Shown here piece after piece: positions 1 to 8,297 of a stretch of DNA of 64,000 bases (its first letter is position 1; every line of letters begins with the position of its first letter). Below the pieces are notes generated by a model. That model had not been told where the DNA came from, did no database searches, and saw nothing but the letters and a program-made list of their open reading frames with translations. Origin of the DNA: Candidatus Multivoradales bacterium. GTDB taxonomy: Bacteria; Acidobacteriota; Thermoanaerobaculia; Multivoradales; J023. Position numbers and translations under genes: made by a program. Location: positions 3,616,001-3,680,000 of the forward strand of contig CBDFLE010000006.1 of the NCBI GenBank assembly GCA_965248925.1, in the 5' to 3' direction.

Positions 1-147
1 GTGGCCAGGATTCCGATCCAATCTGACCACCCATTCCGATCGATCCGGAAAAGTGGTCACTTTCGATCGGAATCGGTGGTCATATTCCGTTGGAATCACT
101 GGTCACTTTCAATCGGAATCGGTGGTCGAATTCCGTCGGTGCAGGCA
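1..147. mobile_element. IS21-family-like terminus (multiple ~23-bp subterminal repeats ending in ...GCAGGCA), inserted in the last codons of comM; possibly an internally deleted miniature element
   Basis: Four ~23-bp repeats (GTGGTCA..TTC..TCGGAATC-like) at 53-74, 75-97, 98-120 and 121-143, plus an inverted copy at 9-30. The end is CA at 146-147. Identity with the second comM copy (17672) starts exactly at 148. Confidence 0.6.
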
Positions 148-612
148 GGTCCAGGCTGCGGTATTGAATGGCCTCGGCGGCATGCGCTGCCCGAATCTCC
201 GCCGAACTGTCGAGGTCGGCGATGGTGCGGGATAGCTTGAGGATGCGGCTGAGTGCCCGTGCCGACAGCTTGAGCTTGTCGAAGGCGGTGTCGACCAAGC
301 GCTGGGCATCGGGCGCTAGCACGCAATGCTGCTCGATGCCGTCGCTCCCCAGGGAGGCATTGACCGGCAGGTCCGTCTGGGAGCCGAATCTACTGCGCTG
401 GATCTCTCTCGCCTGGCGCACTCTCCACGCTACTTCCCGAGTCCCTTCGGTGGCTTCGCTGCGCAACTCGGCAAGGCTCACCGCGGGTACCTCGACATGC
501 ATGTCGATGCGGTCGAGCAGCGGCCCTGAGACCCGACTGCGATAGCGCTCGATCATCTGTGGCGAGCATTTGCAGTGATGCCGATCGTCCCCCAAATGCC
601 CGCACTTGCATG
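148..612 (-). pseudogene. comM: 3' half of comM/YifB Mg-chelatase-like ATPase (copy 1); C-terminus replaced by IS sequence
   Basis: Translation CKCGHLGDDRHHCKCSPQMIERYRSRVSGPLLDRIDMHVEV...LSARALSRILKLSRTIADL...AEAIQYR matches the ComM C-terminal region. The N-terminal half is absent and the break lies in the AMNPCxCG motif. Confidence 0.88.
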
Positions 613-1119
613 ATTGCGGCCCCCTTTTGCCATGTCCAGTTGAGAGGACGTATCCCCAAGATTGCGGGGTATCCGCGAGAACTTGTTACGATTGGTAACC
701 ACATCAAGAGATGTCGGCTTGATCGTGGTCAGTTGCAGAAAGACGTTGCCCGAACGCTCGGCGTCTGTCTGGGTTCGATAGTAAATTGGGAACATGACAG
801 GGGCTACCCGGAAGTCCGGTTTTGGCCGGCACTCACGGACTGGCTTGGCTACGATCCAAACCCTGAGCCCGAGAATGTGGCTGAGCTGCTGATGGCTTTG
901 CGGCGCAGGCTCGGATTTTCGCAGCGCTCTCTCGCCACGGTCATCGACGTGGCACCAGAGACGATTTCGGGATGGGAGCAGCAGGCGCACCGGCCGTCAG
1001 GAAAAGCACGCCGACGACTGAGCGGCTGGATTGAGTCGCTGGAGGTCGGAGACGATCTCGCGAGGTGTGCTGCTCGGGTGGTGGTGCTGTTGCGGGGGCG
1101 GAGTGCCGTGGTGGAGTGA
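610..1119 (+). CDS. Tandem Xre-type helix-turn-helix protein at the comM integration junction
   Basis: Two HTH repeats (HIKRCRLDRGQLQKDVARTLGV..SIVNWE; ALRRRLGFSQRSLATVIDVAPETISGWE). The ATG at 610 abuts the comM break point. Confidence 0.75.
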   Translation: MIAAPFCHVQLRGRIPKIAGYPRELVTIGNHIKRCRLDRGQLQKDVARTLGVCLGSIVNWEHDRGYPEVRFWPALTDWLGYDPNPEPENVAELLMALRRRLGFSQRSLATVIDVAPETISGWEQQAHRPSGKARRRLSGWIESLEVGDDLARCAARVVVLLRGRSAVVE

Positions 1120-1456
1120 GCGCTTATTGGTCTTTTGCGAGTTGCGCGAGCAGTGCCCGCCGAATGACCTCGGGATTGGATGTGCGGCTATCGAATGCAC
1201 GCCGCGATTTTGACCATTGATATATGTAGACAATATCAGAATATCGAAAACAAGGAGTTCCCTCGCGTGCAATCTCTGTCATTCAGTGGATCGAGGGGAA
1301 ACGGTTCATTTCCAGCCTGCCAAAATGAACCGTTTGGTCTCTAACATCTTTTCCCATAGCTTGTTTGACGAAACAAAGTCGAGCGGGAACCTGGTGGGCC
1401 TAGGGCCAGTCCAAGCAAGAGAACGAATCTAGAATCTTCCAGAAAGTGAGGTAGCC

Positions 1457-1891
1457 TTGAGAGACAGAATCCCCAGATGTTCGATCCTAAACGCCGCCTG
1501 CCTACTGGCAGTCGCAGTCGCCGCCGCCACCGCCCACGCTCAATGCAACAGCACCCCCATCGCCTCGGGCGACAACGCCGAAGCCGCCTCCGCCCCGATC
1601 CTGATTGATGTCCTGGCCAACGACACCGAGCCCGACGGCGAAGCCCTGACTGTCACCGTCCTCGCCAGCACCTGCCCGGCGAGCACCGAGATCGTGCTCG
1701 ATCTGATCCGATTGACCCCGAACCCGTCGATCGATGCCAACTGCACTTTGACCTACCGCATCGAAGACGAGACCCACCACAGCACCTCGGCCACCGTCGC
1801 CGTCAAGTCCATCGCCGTGCTCTTTGGCGACAACTTTGAGTCTGGCAATGCCAATCAATGGGATAGCACCTGCCCCGGCAGCGGCTGCTGA
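1457..1891 (+). CDS. Secreted Ig-like (Big_9/cadherin-like) protein with C-terminal LFGDNFESG..W motif
   Basis: Signal-like N-terminus (AATAHA|Q), PIASGD..ILIDVLANDTEPDGEALTV and TYRIED motifs; ends 14 bp before the Rhs ATG. Confidence 0.8.
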   Translation: MRDRIPRCSILNAACLLAVAVAAATAHAQCNSTPIASGDNAEAASAPILIDVLANDTEPDGEALTVTVLASTCPASTEIVLDLIRLTPNPSIDANCTLTYRIEDETHHSTSATVAVKSIAVLFGDNFESGNANQWDSTCPGSGC

Positions 1892-1905
1892 AGGAGTCCA
1901 AGACT

Positions 1906-4900
1906 ATGCAACAGAAAATTCTCATCGCCTCACTTCTCTACGTTGCCCTCGCCGGGCCGACCGCCGCGCAACAGCCCCAGAGCCACCAGCGGGGCGTCAC
2001 CGCCGACACCGCCTTCCAAGTCGGCGCCATCGATTCGATCAACCTCTTCTCGGGGAATCTGTCGCTCCGCCTGCCCCTCGGCCAGAGCTACCCGGTGGGT
2101 CCCACTCTGAGCTACGGCTTCACCCTGACCTACAACTCCAGCGGCTGGGACTTTGACGACCAACAGAGCTGCACCGAGGGCACGCCGCCCAACCAGATGC
2201 TGGTTTCCTACAACTTGCCGATTCAAGATCTCGATGCGAATTCTGGCTGGGGGTGGCGGGTCAATCTTGGCCAGTTGGTGCGCTCCGAAGGCGGCAATCC
2301 CGCGCCACCCTTCAGCGGGTTTTCCTATTTGAGCCCTGACGGCGGGCAACACGCCTTCCACGATTTCCTCCACCCGGCCCAGAGCGGCACCTACCCGCCC
2401 GCCGGCACCCAGCCCAACACCTGGTTCACCCGCGACAGTACCTACCTGAGAATGCGCTACTACCCATTCGCCTCGAGCCCCTGCGAGACGCCGTCGAATC
2501 TGCTCGACCAGGATTGCCGGACGGTGGAATTCCCAAGTGGTGAGATGCATGAATTCCATAACATCAGCCACACCAGCTTCGATTGGCGGGTGACCAAGAT
2601 GCTCGACCGCTTCGGCCATTGGGTCAAGATAGCCTACGCCTCGGGCGGCGATTGGAGCGTCACCGATTCCGCCAACAGGAGTCATTCCCTCGATTTCACC
2701 GCCGGCCGACTGGAGAAGGTCACCCTCGCCGCTTTCAACAACCAAAGCGCCGTCTACGATCTAGTCTACTCCGGCCCGGTCGACCTGGAGCGCCAAGGCG
2801 CGCAGCCTTCGTGTGTGCCCGAAGGGGACACCCTTTCCGGCGTCCGCCTGCTCGAACGCCTGGTCTTGCCCGACGACTCGTTCTACCAAATGGACTACTA
2901 CCGCACCGACAATCCGGGAGAGAAGCTCTCGGGCGGCATCAAGTTCCTCCGTCTTCCCACGGATGGCGCCTTCGGCTGGCGGTACCAACAGATCGATTTT
3001 CATGCCCAAAGCCCAGATGTGCCCGAGGGCCGGGAGTGGGCCAACATCGGCACCGGCGTGGCCACCAAGTCGACGTTCTTGAAAGACAGCGACTATCCAA
3101 ACTCGCCCCACGGCACCTGGATCTATGACTACGATCCCCAAGGAGTGCTCGGTCCCGGCCAGATCTCCTGCTACCACACGCTCACCTTGACCGACCCGCT
3201 AGGCAACGACACGAAGCACTGGTTTAACTCCGCGGGCGCTAATCGCCAAGGCTTTGGCCTGCCCTTCACCCGCTGCACACCGGGCACCAACGACTACTAC
3301 AACAACAGCCCGCCCTACTTGTCGCAAGAGATCTATCAGGGCTCGGTGGCCAGCGGCACCAAACGCCGCTCGATCTTCCTGGAGTACGAGAACGACGGCC
3401 CGTCCGGCTTCTACGCCGACCGCAACCACCGGATGAAGTACCGCAAAGTCATCTACCACGACGACGGTGACAAGTTCCGCGAGGTCACCCACTCGGACTT
3501 CGATGGCCTGGGGCATTTTCGCACCACCACCACCGGCGGCAACTTCGCCAGTGGCAACGTGCGCGCGAGCGAGACCTTCTACAACCAGAATCGCGGCTCC
3601 TACTTGATCGCCAACAGCGATACCGGCGCCATCGACCCGGCCACCGATTTCGCCATGTTCGGCCAGACCCAGCCCTGGGTGCTAGAGACCTTCAACTCGC
3701 AATCGGTGACCGAGAACGGCGTCACCGAGACCACCGAGTATGACTTTGCGCTGCTGAACGGCTTCCTGCGCAAACGTCGGGTGCTGGCTGGCAGCTCGCG
3801 GCAGTCGAACGACTTACTAAGCATCTTCGTGCAAGCCGGCACTACCGGCTTCGTCGCCGCTGAGTTGCAGTACGGCGGCGACAGCCAGGCGATCAGCACC
3901 GCAAGCCTGGGCAACATCAACCCGGCCCACTCCGGCGCCCTTTACCGCACCAACCACAGCTACCAGTACGGCGTGCTGAGAAACTCCACGGTGGTCAACC
4001 CCTGCGCCACCAGCGAGGTGCTGCTCAAGCTGGCCGACTACGATCTCGACAAAAACACCGGCCTGGTCAAGCGCAGCCGAGACAGCGCCGGGATCAAGAT
4101 CGACTTCCTCTATGACCGGCAGGGCCGCTTGACCCATGAGTTTCCCGAGAGCGAAGCGGTGCGCCGCTACACCTACCGTTTGGCCACCCAGAGCAACTTC
4201 AACCTGATGCCGCTGCTGACCGAAGAGCAGTGCGTCACCACCGCCGCCTGCTCGGGCTCCGGCCTGCTGGCCTACCGCCAGCACACTTTCGACGGCCTCG
4301 GCCGTAGGGTCAAAGAGCAGGTGCAGTTGCCCGGCGGAGTGCGCTGGTACCGCCACATGAGCTTCAACCCACGGGCCTGGAAGACCGCGGAATCGGTGTG
4401 GACCCTCAACGCCACTTCCGACAGCCGCGTCACCAAGTACGAGCAGTACGACAACTTCGGCCGCCCCGGCAGGATCACCCCACCAAGCCAGCCGGCCACA
4501 TTCCTCAGCTACGAGGGCGAACGCACCAAGACGCGGCGGTTCAAAGTGATGCTCGCCTCCGGAGTGCAAGAAGACACCTACAACACCGAGATCTCCGATG
4601 GCCAGGGCCGATTGTTCGAGGTTTGTGAAGGCAGATCGGCGGCCTGGAATGGCAGCTGCAACGCGGGCGGCTTGCTGACTCGCTACGCCTACGACGCCGG
4701 CTCGCGGCTCACCCACGTTTGCCAGAATCGGACTGGATCGACCTGTGGCCAGCAACGCTTCTTCAACTATGACGGTCGCAGCTTCCTGACCTCCGAGACC
4801 CATCCCGAAGTCGGCCCAGTGGGCAACGGCGCCACGACCTATTCCTATGATGCTCGTGGCAGCGTTTTGAGCAAACGCATCGGTGGCTCCACCGAATTCG

Positions 4901-7026
4901 ACCTCGACTACTTCTACGATCCAGCCGGACGCCTGATCCGAGTTGACGAGAGCAACGGTGGCTCGCCGCGCAAGCTCAAGGAGTTCCGCTACGGCCGCAA
5001 GAACGTCGGTGCCGACAAGCGGGCCGGCAAGCTGGTGCAGACCACCCGCCACAATTGGGTGGATCTGGTGAATCCGCTGAACGCCAATCCTGGCTTCCTC
5101 GATGTCCGAATCTCCGAGAGCTTCGTCTACGCGGGTCGTGGCGGCCGGATGTCCGAGCGCCAGACCCGCTATCAGCTCGGCGTCGGTCACTACGCCTTCC
5201 AGAGTGGGTTCTCCTATGACCTGCAAGGCAACCTCGCGACCCTCGACTATCCCGACTGTCTGCACACCAACGACAGCTGCGACCAGGTCAGCCCACCGCG
5301 GCAGGTGAGCTTCGCTTACGACAAAGGCTTCCTCACCGCGGTGCCCGGCTTCGCCTCCAGCCTCAGCTACCAGAGCGGCGGCATGCTGACCCAGATCAGC
5401 CACCAGAGCGGCATCACCGAAACTCGCCAGGTCGATCCCTCCGGCCTCGCCCGGCCCGAGCGCATCTCCACCAACGCCGGCTGGGACACTGGCACCTTCG
5501 ACTACGACGGATCGGGCAACATCCACCGCATCGGCTCGCTGACCTACCGCTATGATCGTTTGCAGCGGCTGGTCAGCGGCGAGGCCAAGGTGGGAAGTAG
5601 CGACCGCCTGCAAACCGCGTCATATGACAACTTCGGCAATCTCACCCAGATGATCACCAACGGCGCCAGCCAGAGCATGAGCCCGAGCAGCAGCACCAAT
5701 CGCCTCGGCTTGAGCGGCACGGTGTACGATGCTGGGGGCAACCTGACCCGCGTGCGTTACAGTAGCTCGGAGATCTACCAGTACACCTACGACGCCGCCA
5801 ACATGATGAAACACCTGCAAAGCAACACAGATCAGGCGAGCGTGTACATCTACAACGCTGATGACGAGCGCATCGTCACCTTCAGCTGCTTCAGCGCCGC
5901 CGGCAGCAGCTGCGTCAGCAGCCCCGCCAGCGAGACCTGGACCTTGCGCGGGCTCGGCAACGAGGTGCTGCGGGTCTTCACCCATCCGCGGGGCGAAAGC
6001 TTCGAGTGGGAGCGGGACTACGTCTACCGGGGTGGACAGCTCCTAGCCTCGATAGACCCGGACTCCAGTGGTGTCGAGGAGACCTTCAGTTTCCATCTTG
6101 ATCATCTCGGCACGCCGCGGCAGGTAACGAAGAGTGGTAGCCAGGTGGCGCTGCACAGCTACTATCCGTTTGGGCAGGAGGCGACCAGCGCTAGCTCAGA
6201 CGAGTTTCAGCTGAAGTTTACCGGGCATGAGCGGGATCAGAACGGGGTGGGGGCGAAGAGCGAGCTGGACTACATGCATGCCAGGCATTGCAGTCCGGTG
6301 GTGGGGAGGTTCTTGGCAGTTGATCCTGTCCGGGGAAAACAGGCGTTGCCTCAGAGCTGGAACCGATTCTCCTATGTCCTGAATAATCCCCTTGCCTATA
6401 CCGATCCAGAAGGAGAGCGGACGGCGGCGCAGCTAGGACAGGCCGGGCAGGACTTGCTCTTCGATCTGACTGAGGAGGCGACGGCCCGCACGGGAGTGGG
6501 TCCGCTTAGTGTTGCTGTCGACACAGCCCTCGGAATGGGTCGAGATCTTGCGAGTGGTGTTCTCGACATCATGAAGGCTGGTGACGGGATTGGCACCGTT
6601 CTTGGGGGCGGAGCGACCGGCGGGGCAGCAGTGCTCGAGATCGGCAAGGATGTTCTCAGAGTCTCTGCGTTGGCTGGGGGCGGAGCGGTTGTTGTTCGCT
6701 CAGCAGCAAAGAAAAGCCTTGTTTCAGGGGGAGAAGCGGCTCTGTCTAAAGCGGCGGGGGCAGCTGACCGCAATGGGCTAACAAAGGCAGGACGGTCTCT
6801 TCAAAAGCATTCGTCCAGACCGGGTAGCGCATTCAATACATCGGCCACACGGGCTAAGGATCTGAACGCTGCGGGCCAGTCCGTTGTCGATGACATTCTT
6901 ACGGCACCTGGGTCGATCCAGAGAACAAACCGCCTCGGGGGTGTCGATGTCGGCCTACCAAACGGCCGAGGTATTCGCTACAACGCGGACGGGTCGTTCC
7001 GGAATTTCTTGGAGCCGAACGGATAG
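1906..7026 (+). CDS. Full-length Rhs/YD-repeat polymorphic toxin RhsA (Sec signal peptide; toxin tip CT1 'GRSLQKH...FLEP')
   Basis: 1706 aa with signal peptide MQQKILIASLLYVALAGPTAA, YD repeats, Rhs core (HLDHLGTPR, KFTGHERD, SWNRFSYVLNNPLAYTDPEG) and a variable C-terminus. Confidence 0.95.
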   Translation: MQQKILIASLLYVALAGPTAAQQPQSHQRGVTADTAFQVGAIDSINLFSGNLSLRLPLGQSYPVGPTLSYGFTLTYNSSGWDFDDQQSCTEGTPPNQMLVSYNLPIQDLDANSGWGWRVNLGQLVRSEGGNPAPPFSGFSYLSPDGGQHAFHDFLHPAQSGTYPPAGTQPNTWFTRDSTYLRMRYYPFASSPCETPSNLLDQDCRTVEFPSGEMHEFHNISHTSFDWRVTKMLDRFGHWVKIAYASGGDWSVTDSANRSHSLDFTAGRLEKVTLAAFNNQSAVYDLVYSGPVDLERQGAQPSCVPEGDTLSGVRLLERLVLPDDSFYQMDYYRTDNPGEKLSGGIKFLRLPTDGAFGWRYQQIDFHAQSPDVPEGREWANIGTGVATKSTFLKDSDYPNSPHGTWIYDYDPQGVLGPGQISCYHTLTLTDPLGNDTKHWFNSAGANRQGFGLPFTRCTPGTNDYYNNSPPYLSQEIYQGSVASGTKRRSIFLEYENDGPSGFYADRNHRMKYRKVIYHDDGDKFREVTHSDFDGLGHFRTTTTGGNFASGNVRASETFYNQNRGSYLIANSDTGAIDPATDFAMFGQTQPWVLETFNSQSVTENGVTETTEYDFALLNGFLRKRRVLAGSSRQSNDLLSIFVQAGTTGFVAAELQYGGDSQAISTASLGNINPAHSGALYRTNHSYQYGVLRNSTVVNPCATSEVLLKLADYDLDKNTGLVKRSRDSAGIKIDFLYDRQGRLTHEFPESEAVRRYTYRLATQSNFNLMPLLTEEQCVTTAACSGSGLLAYRQHTFDGLGRRVKEQVQLPGGVRWYRHMSFNPRAWKTAESVWTLNATSDSRVTKYEQYDNFGRPGRITPPSQPATFLSYEGERTKTRRFKVMLASGVQEDTYNTEISDGQGRLFEVCEGRSAAWNGSCNAGGLLTRYAYDAGSRLTHVCQNRTGSTCGQQRFFNYDGRSFLTSETHPEVGPVGNGATTYSYDARGSVLSKRIGGSTEFDLDYFYDPAGRLIRVDESNGGSPRKLKEFRYGRKNVGADKRAGKLVQTTRHNWVDLVNPLNANPGFLDVRISESFVYAGRGGRMSERQTRYQLGVGHYAFQSGFSYDLQGNLATLDYPDCLHTNDSCDQVSPPRQVSFAYDKGFLTAVPGFASSLSYQSGGMLTQISHQSGITETRQVDPSGLARPERISTNAGWDTGTFDYDGSGNIHRIGSLTYRYDRLQRLVSGEAKVGSSDRLQTASYDNFGNLTQMITNGASQSMSPSSSTNRLGLSGTVYDAGGNLTRVRYSSSEIYQYTYDAANMMKHLQSNTDQASVYIYNADDERIVTFSCFSAAGSSCVSSPASETWTLRGLGNEVLRVFTHPRGESFEWERDYVYRGGQLLASIDPDSSGVEETFSFHLDHLGTPRQVTKSGSQVALHSYYPFGQEATSASSDEFQLKFTGHERDQNGVGAKSELDYMHARHCSPVVGRFLAVDPVRGKQALPQSWNRFSYVLNNPLAYTDPEGERTAAQLGQAGQDLLFDLTEEATARTGVGPLSVAVDTALGMGRDLASGVLDIMKAGDGIGTVLGGGATGGAAVLEIGKDVLRVSALAGGGAVVVRSAAKKSLVSGGEAALSKAAGAADRNGLTKAGRSLQKHSSRPGSAFNTSATRAKDLNAAGQSVVDDILTAPGSIQRTNRLGGVDVGLPNGRGIRYNADGSFRNFLEPNG

Positions 7027-7032
7027 CTGGCC

Positions 7033-7275
7033 ATGGAAAGCGGTGATTTTGAAGTTCAGGTAATGGATGATCCAGACCACGAGGATCTCATTGCCGAGGT
7101 TCTCTACAAGGGGGAGTTTTGTTTCTTGATAAGCCAGGAGACAGGTTTTCGGAATCTGGAGATTCAGGTCCAGAGTCGGCAATCAGGCCAACCATGGCGG
7201 TTCAGTGTGGCTGAGATGGAGGACTCGATCAAACGAGCCAAGAAGCGCCTTTGGGAGCTGCAGCGTGTCGAGTGA
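7033..7275 (+). CDS. Putative immunity protein for CT1
   Basis: Small acidic 80-aa ORF 6 bp after the toxin stop; always travels with CT1 (repeated at 15764). Confidence 0.8.
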   Translation: MESGDFEVQVMDDPDHEDLIAEVLYKGEFCFLISQETGFRNLEIQVQSRQSGQPWRFSVAEMEDSIKRAKKRLWELQRVE

Positions 7276-7348
7276 TTGACACCGTCCTGGCCTAGTACAA
7301 GCCGCTTCGCATCAGCCCGGCTCCGGCCGGGCTTTCGTGCGTCTGGCT

Positions 7349-7711
7349 TCAGGTCGTGGCGTAGGACTGCCGGGTTCGCGCATCGCGGATGAGTCCGTCG
7401 ACCAAGTAGAGGATCCGGTCGCGATCTTCTCCAGAGATCTCTTCGAGGGCCTTCCAGCGGTCGAGCATCTCGCGGTCCTGGAGAGCGTGCGGCAAGGAGT
7501 TCTCGTTGACGAGGTAATCGACGGTGACCCCAAAGATGCTGGCCAGCTTGCGTGCAACCTCGACCGAAGGTGTCATGGCCCCTCGCTCGTAGCGCCCAAT
7601 GATGGTTCCCGAAGTACCGAGCTTCTCGCCAAGTACAGGTTGGGACCACCCCTTGCTCTTCCTCAGCTCGTGAATTCGGTGTCCGAGAGGGCTGTCGGAT
7701 CGCTTTGCCAT
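7349..7711 (-). CDS. Xre-family HTH repressor
   Basis: RIHELRKSKGWSQPVLGEKLGTSGTIIGRYERGAMTPSVEVARKLASIFGVTVDYL; transcribed divergently from the symE-primase operon. Confidence 0.92.
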   Translation of the reverse strand: MAKRSDSPLGHRIHELRKSKGWSQPVLGEKLGTSGTIIGRYERGAMTPSVEVARKLASIFGVTVDYLVNENSLPHALQDREMLDRWKALEEISGEDRDRILYLVDGLIRDARTRQSYATT

Positions 7712-7764
7712 GACCTAATCATCCTGAAATCAACGGTTTTGGCTCCTAACACATCACATTAGCG

Positions 7765-7841
7765 GACGTTTTCGTGCTGGTCAAGACGGCAGGGGCTTGA
7801 CAGTTAGTAGACGAATCGGTCATCATCGGGACGAAAAGGTT
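7765..7841 (+). promoter_or_regulatory. Divergent promoter with three candidate Xre operators
   Basis: TTGACA at 7797-7802 with CATCAT at 7821-7826. Imperfect palindromes GACG-N4-(C/G)GT at 7765-7776, 7810-7821 and 7830-7841. Confidence 0.5.
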
Positions 7842-7868
7842 CTGATGAAGAAAATCGAGGAGAGCAAA

Positions 7869-8081
7869 ATGATCGACCGCACCCTGACCATCTCCAGCCT
7901 CTACCCGTCCTCATCGGCTCCCTCGGGCTGGCGCTCGGTGCGCCAGGCTCGTCGGCAGCGGGCAGTGCCCTTTCTGCGGCTATCGGGCCGGTGGCTGGAA
8001 TCGGCGGGCTTCGAGATCGGCTCGAAGGTGCGGGTAGTGGTCGAGGCAGATCGCCTGGTGGTGGAGCCGGCGGATGTGTGA
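7869..8081 (+). CDS. symE: SymE-family (AbrB-fold) protein
   Basis: VPFLRLSGRWLESAGFEIGSKVRVVVEADRLVV is the SymE signature; GAGGAG RBS before ATG 7869. Confidence 0.85.
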   Translation: MIDRTLTISSLYPSSSAPSGWRSVRQARRQRAVPFLRLSGRWLESAGFEIGSKVRVVVEADRLVVEPADV

Positions 8082-8295
8082 GCAGAGGCTTCGGGTGTCG
8101 AGCTTCTACCGCCCCGGTTGGCCGGCGGCACCTGCTCTGGAGCGGCCGTCGCCGCTCCTGCTGCTGGTGGGCTCGTGGCTGGCTGAGGCGGGGTTTGCTC
8201 CTGGGGATGAGGTGCGGGTGTCGGGGGGGGATGGGCGGTTGCAGGTCGTTCGGCGGGAGCTGGGCGAGAATACGCCGGCTTGGGGAGGGCGGTAG
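8074..8295 (+). CDS. Second SymE-like protein
   Basis: PLLLLVGSWLAEAGFAPGDEVRVSGGDGRLQV is a SymE-like motif; overlaps the previous stop. Confidence 0.65.
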   Translation: MCEQRLRVSSFYRPGWPAAPALERPSPLLLLVGSWLAEAGFAPGDEVRVSGGDGRLQVVRRELGENTPAWGGR

Positions 8296-8297
8296 GG

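Larger units (their letters stand above)
4866..7956 (+). repeat. 3,091-bp direct repeat, copy 1 (pairs with 13597-16687; offset 8,731 bp)
   Basis: Begins at TTTGAGCAAACGC and ends inside symE at ...GGCTCGTCGGC. Near-identical except a divergent patch (about 5507-6064 vs 14238-14795) and isolated SNPs. Confidence 0.95.

Noticed and set aside
53-143. Possible CRISPR array
   Set aside because: The repeats are contiguous with no spacers, degenerate, and have no cas genes nearby; they fit IS21-type end repeats.
3817-5613. 598-aa antisense ORF (also 22842-24638 and similar shadow ORFs)
   Set aside because: Shadow of GC-rich codon usage in the rhs genes; no recognisable motifs.
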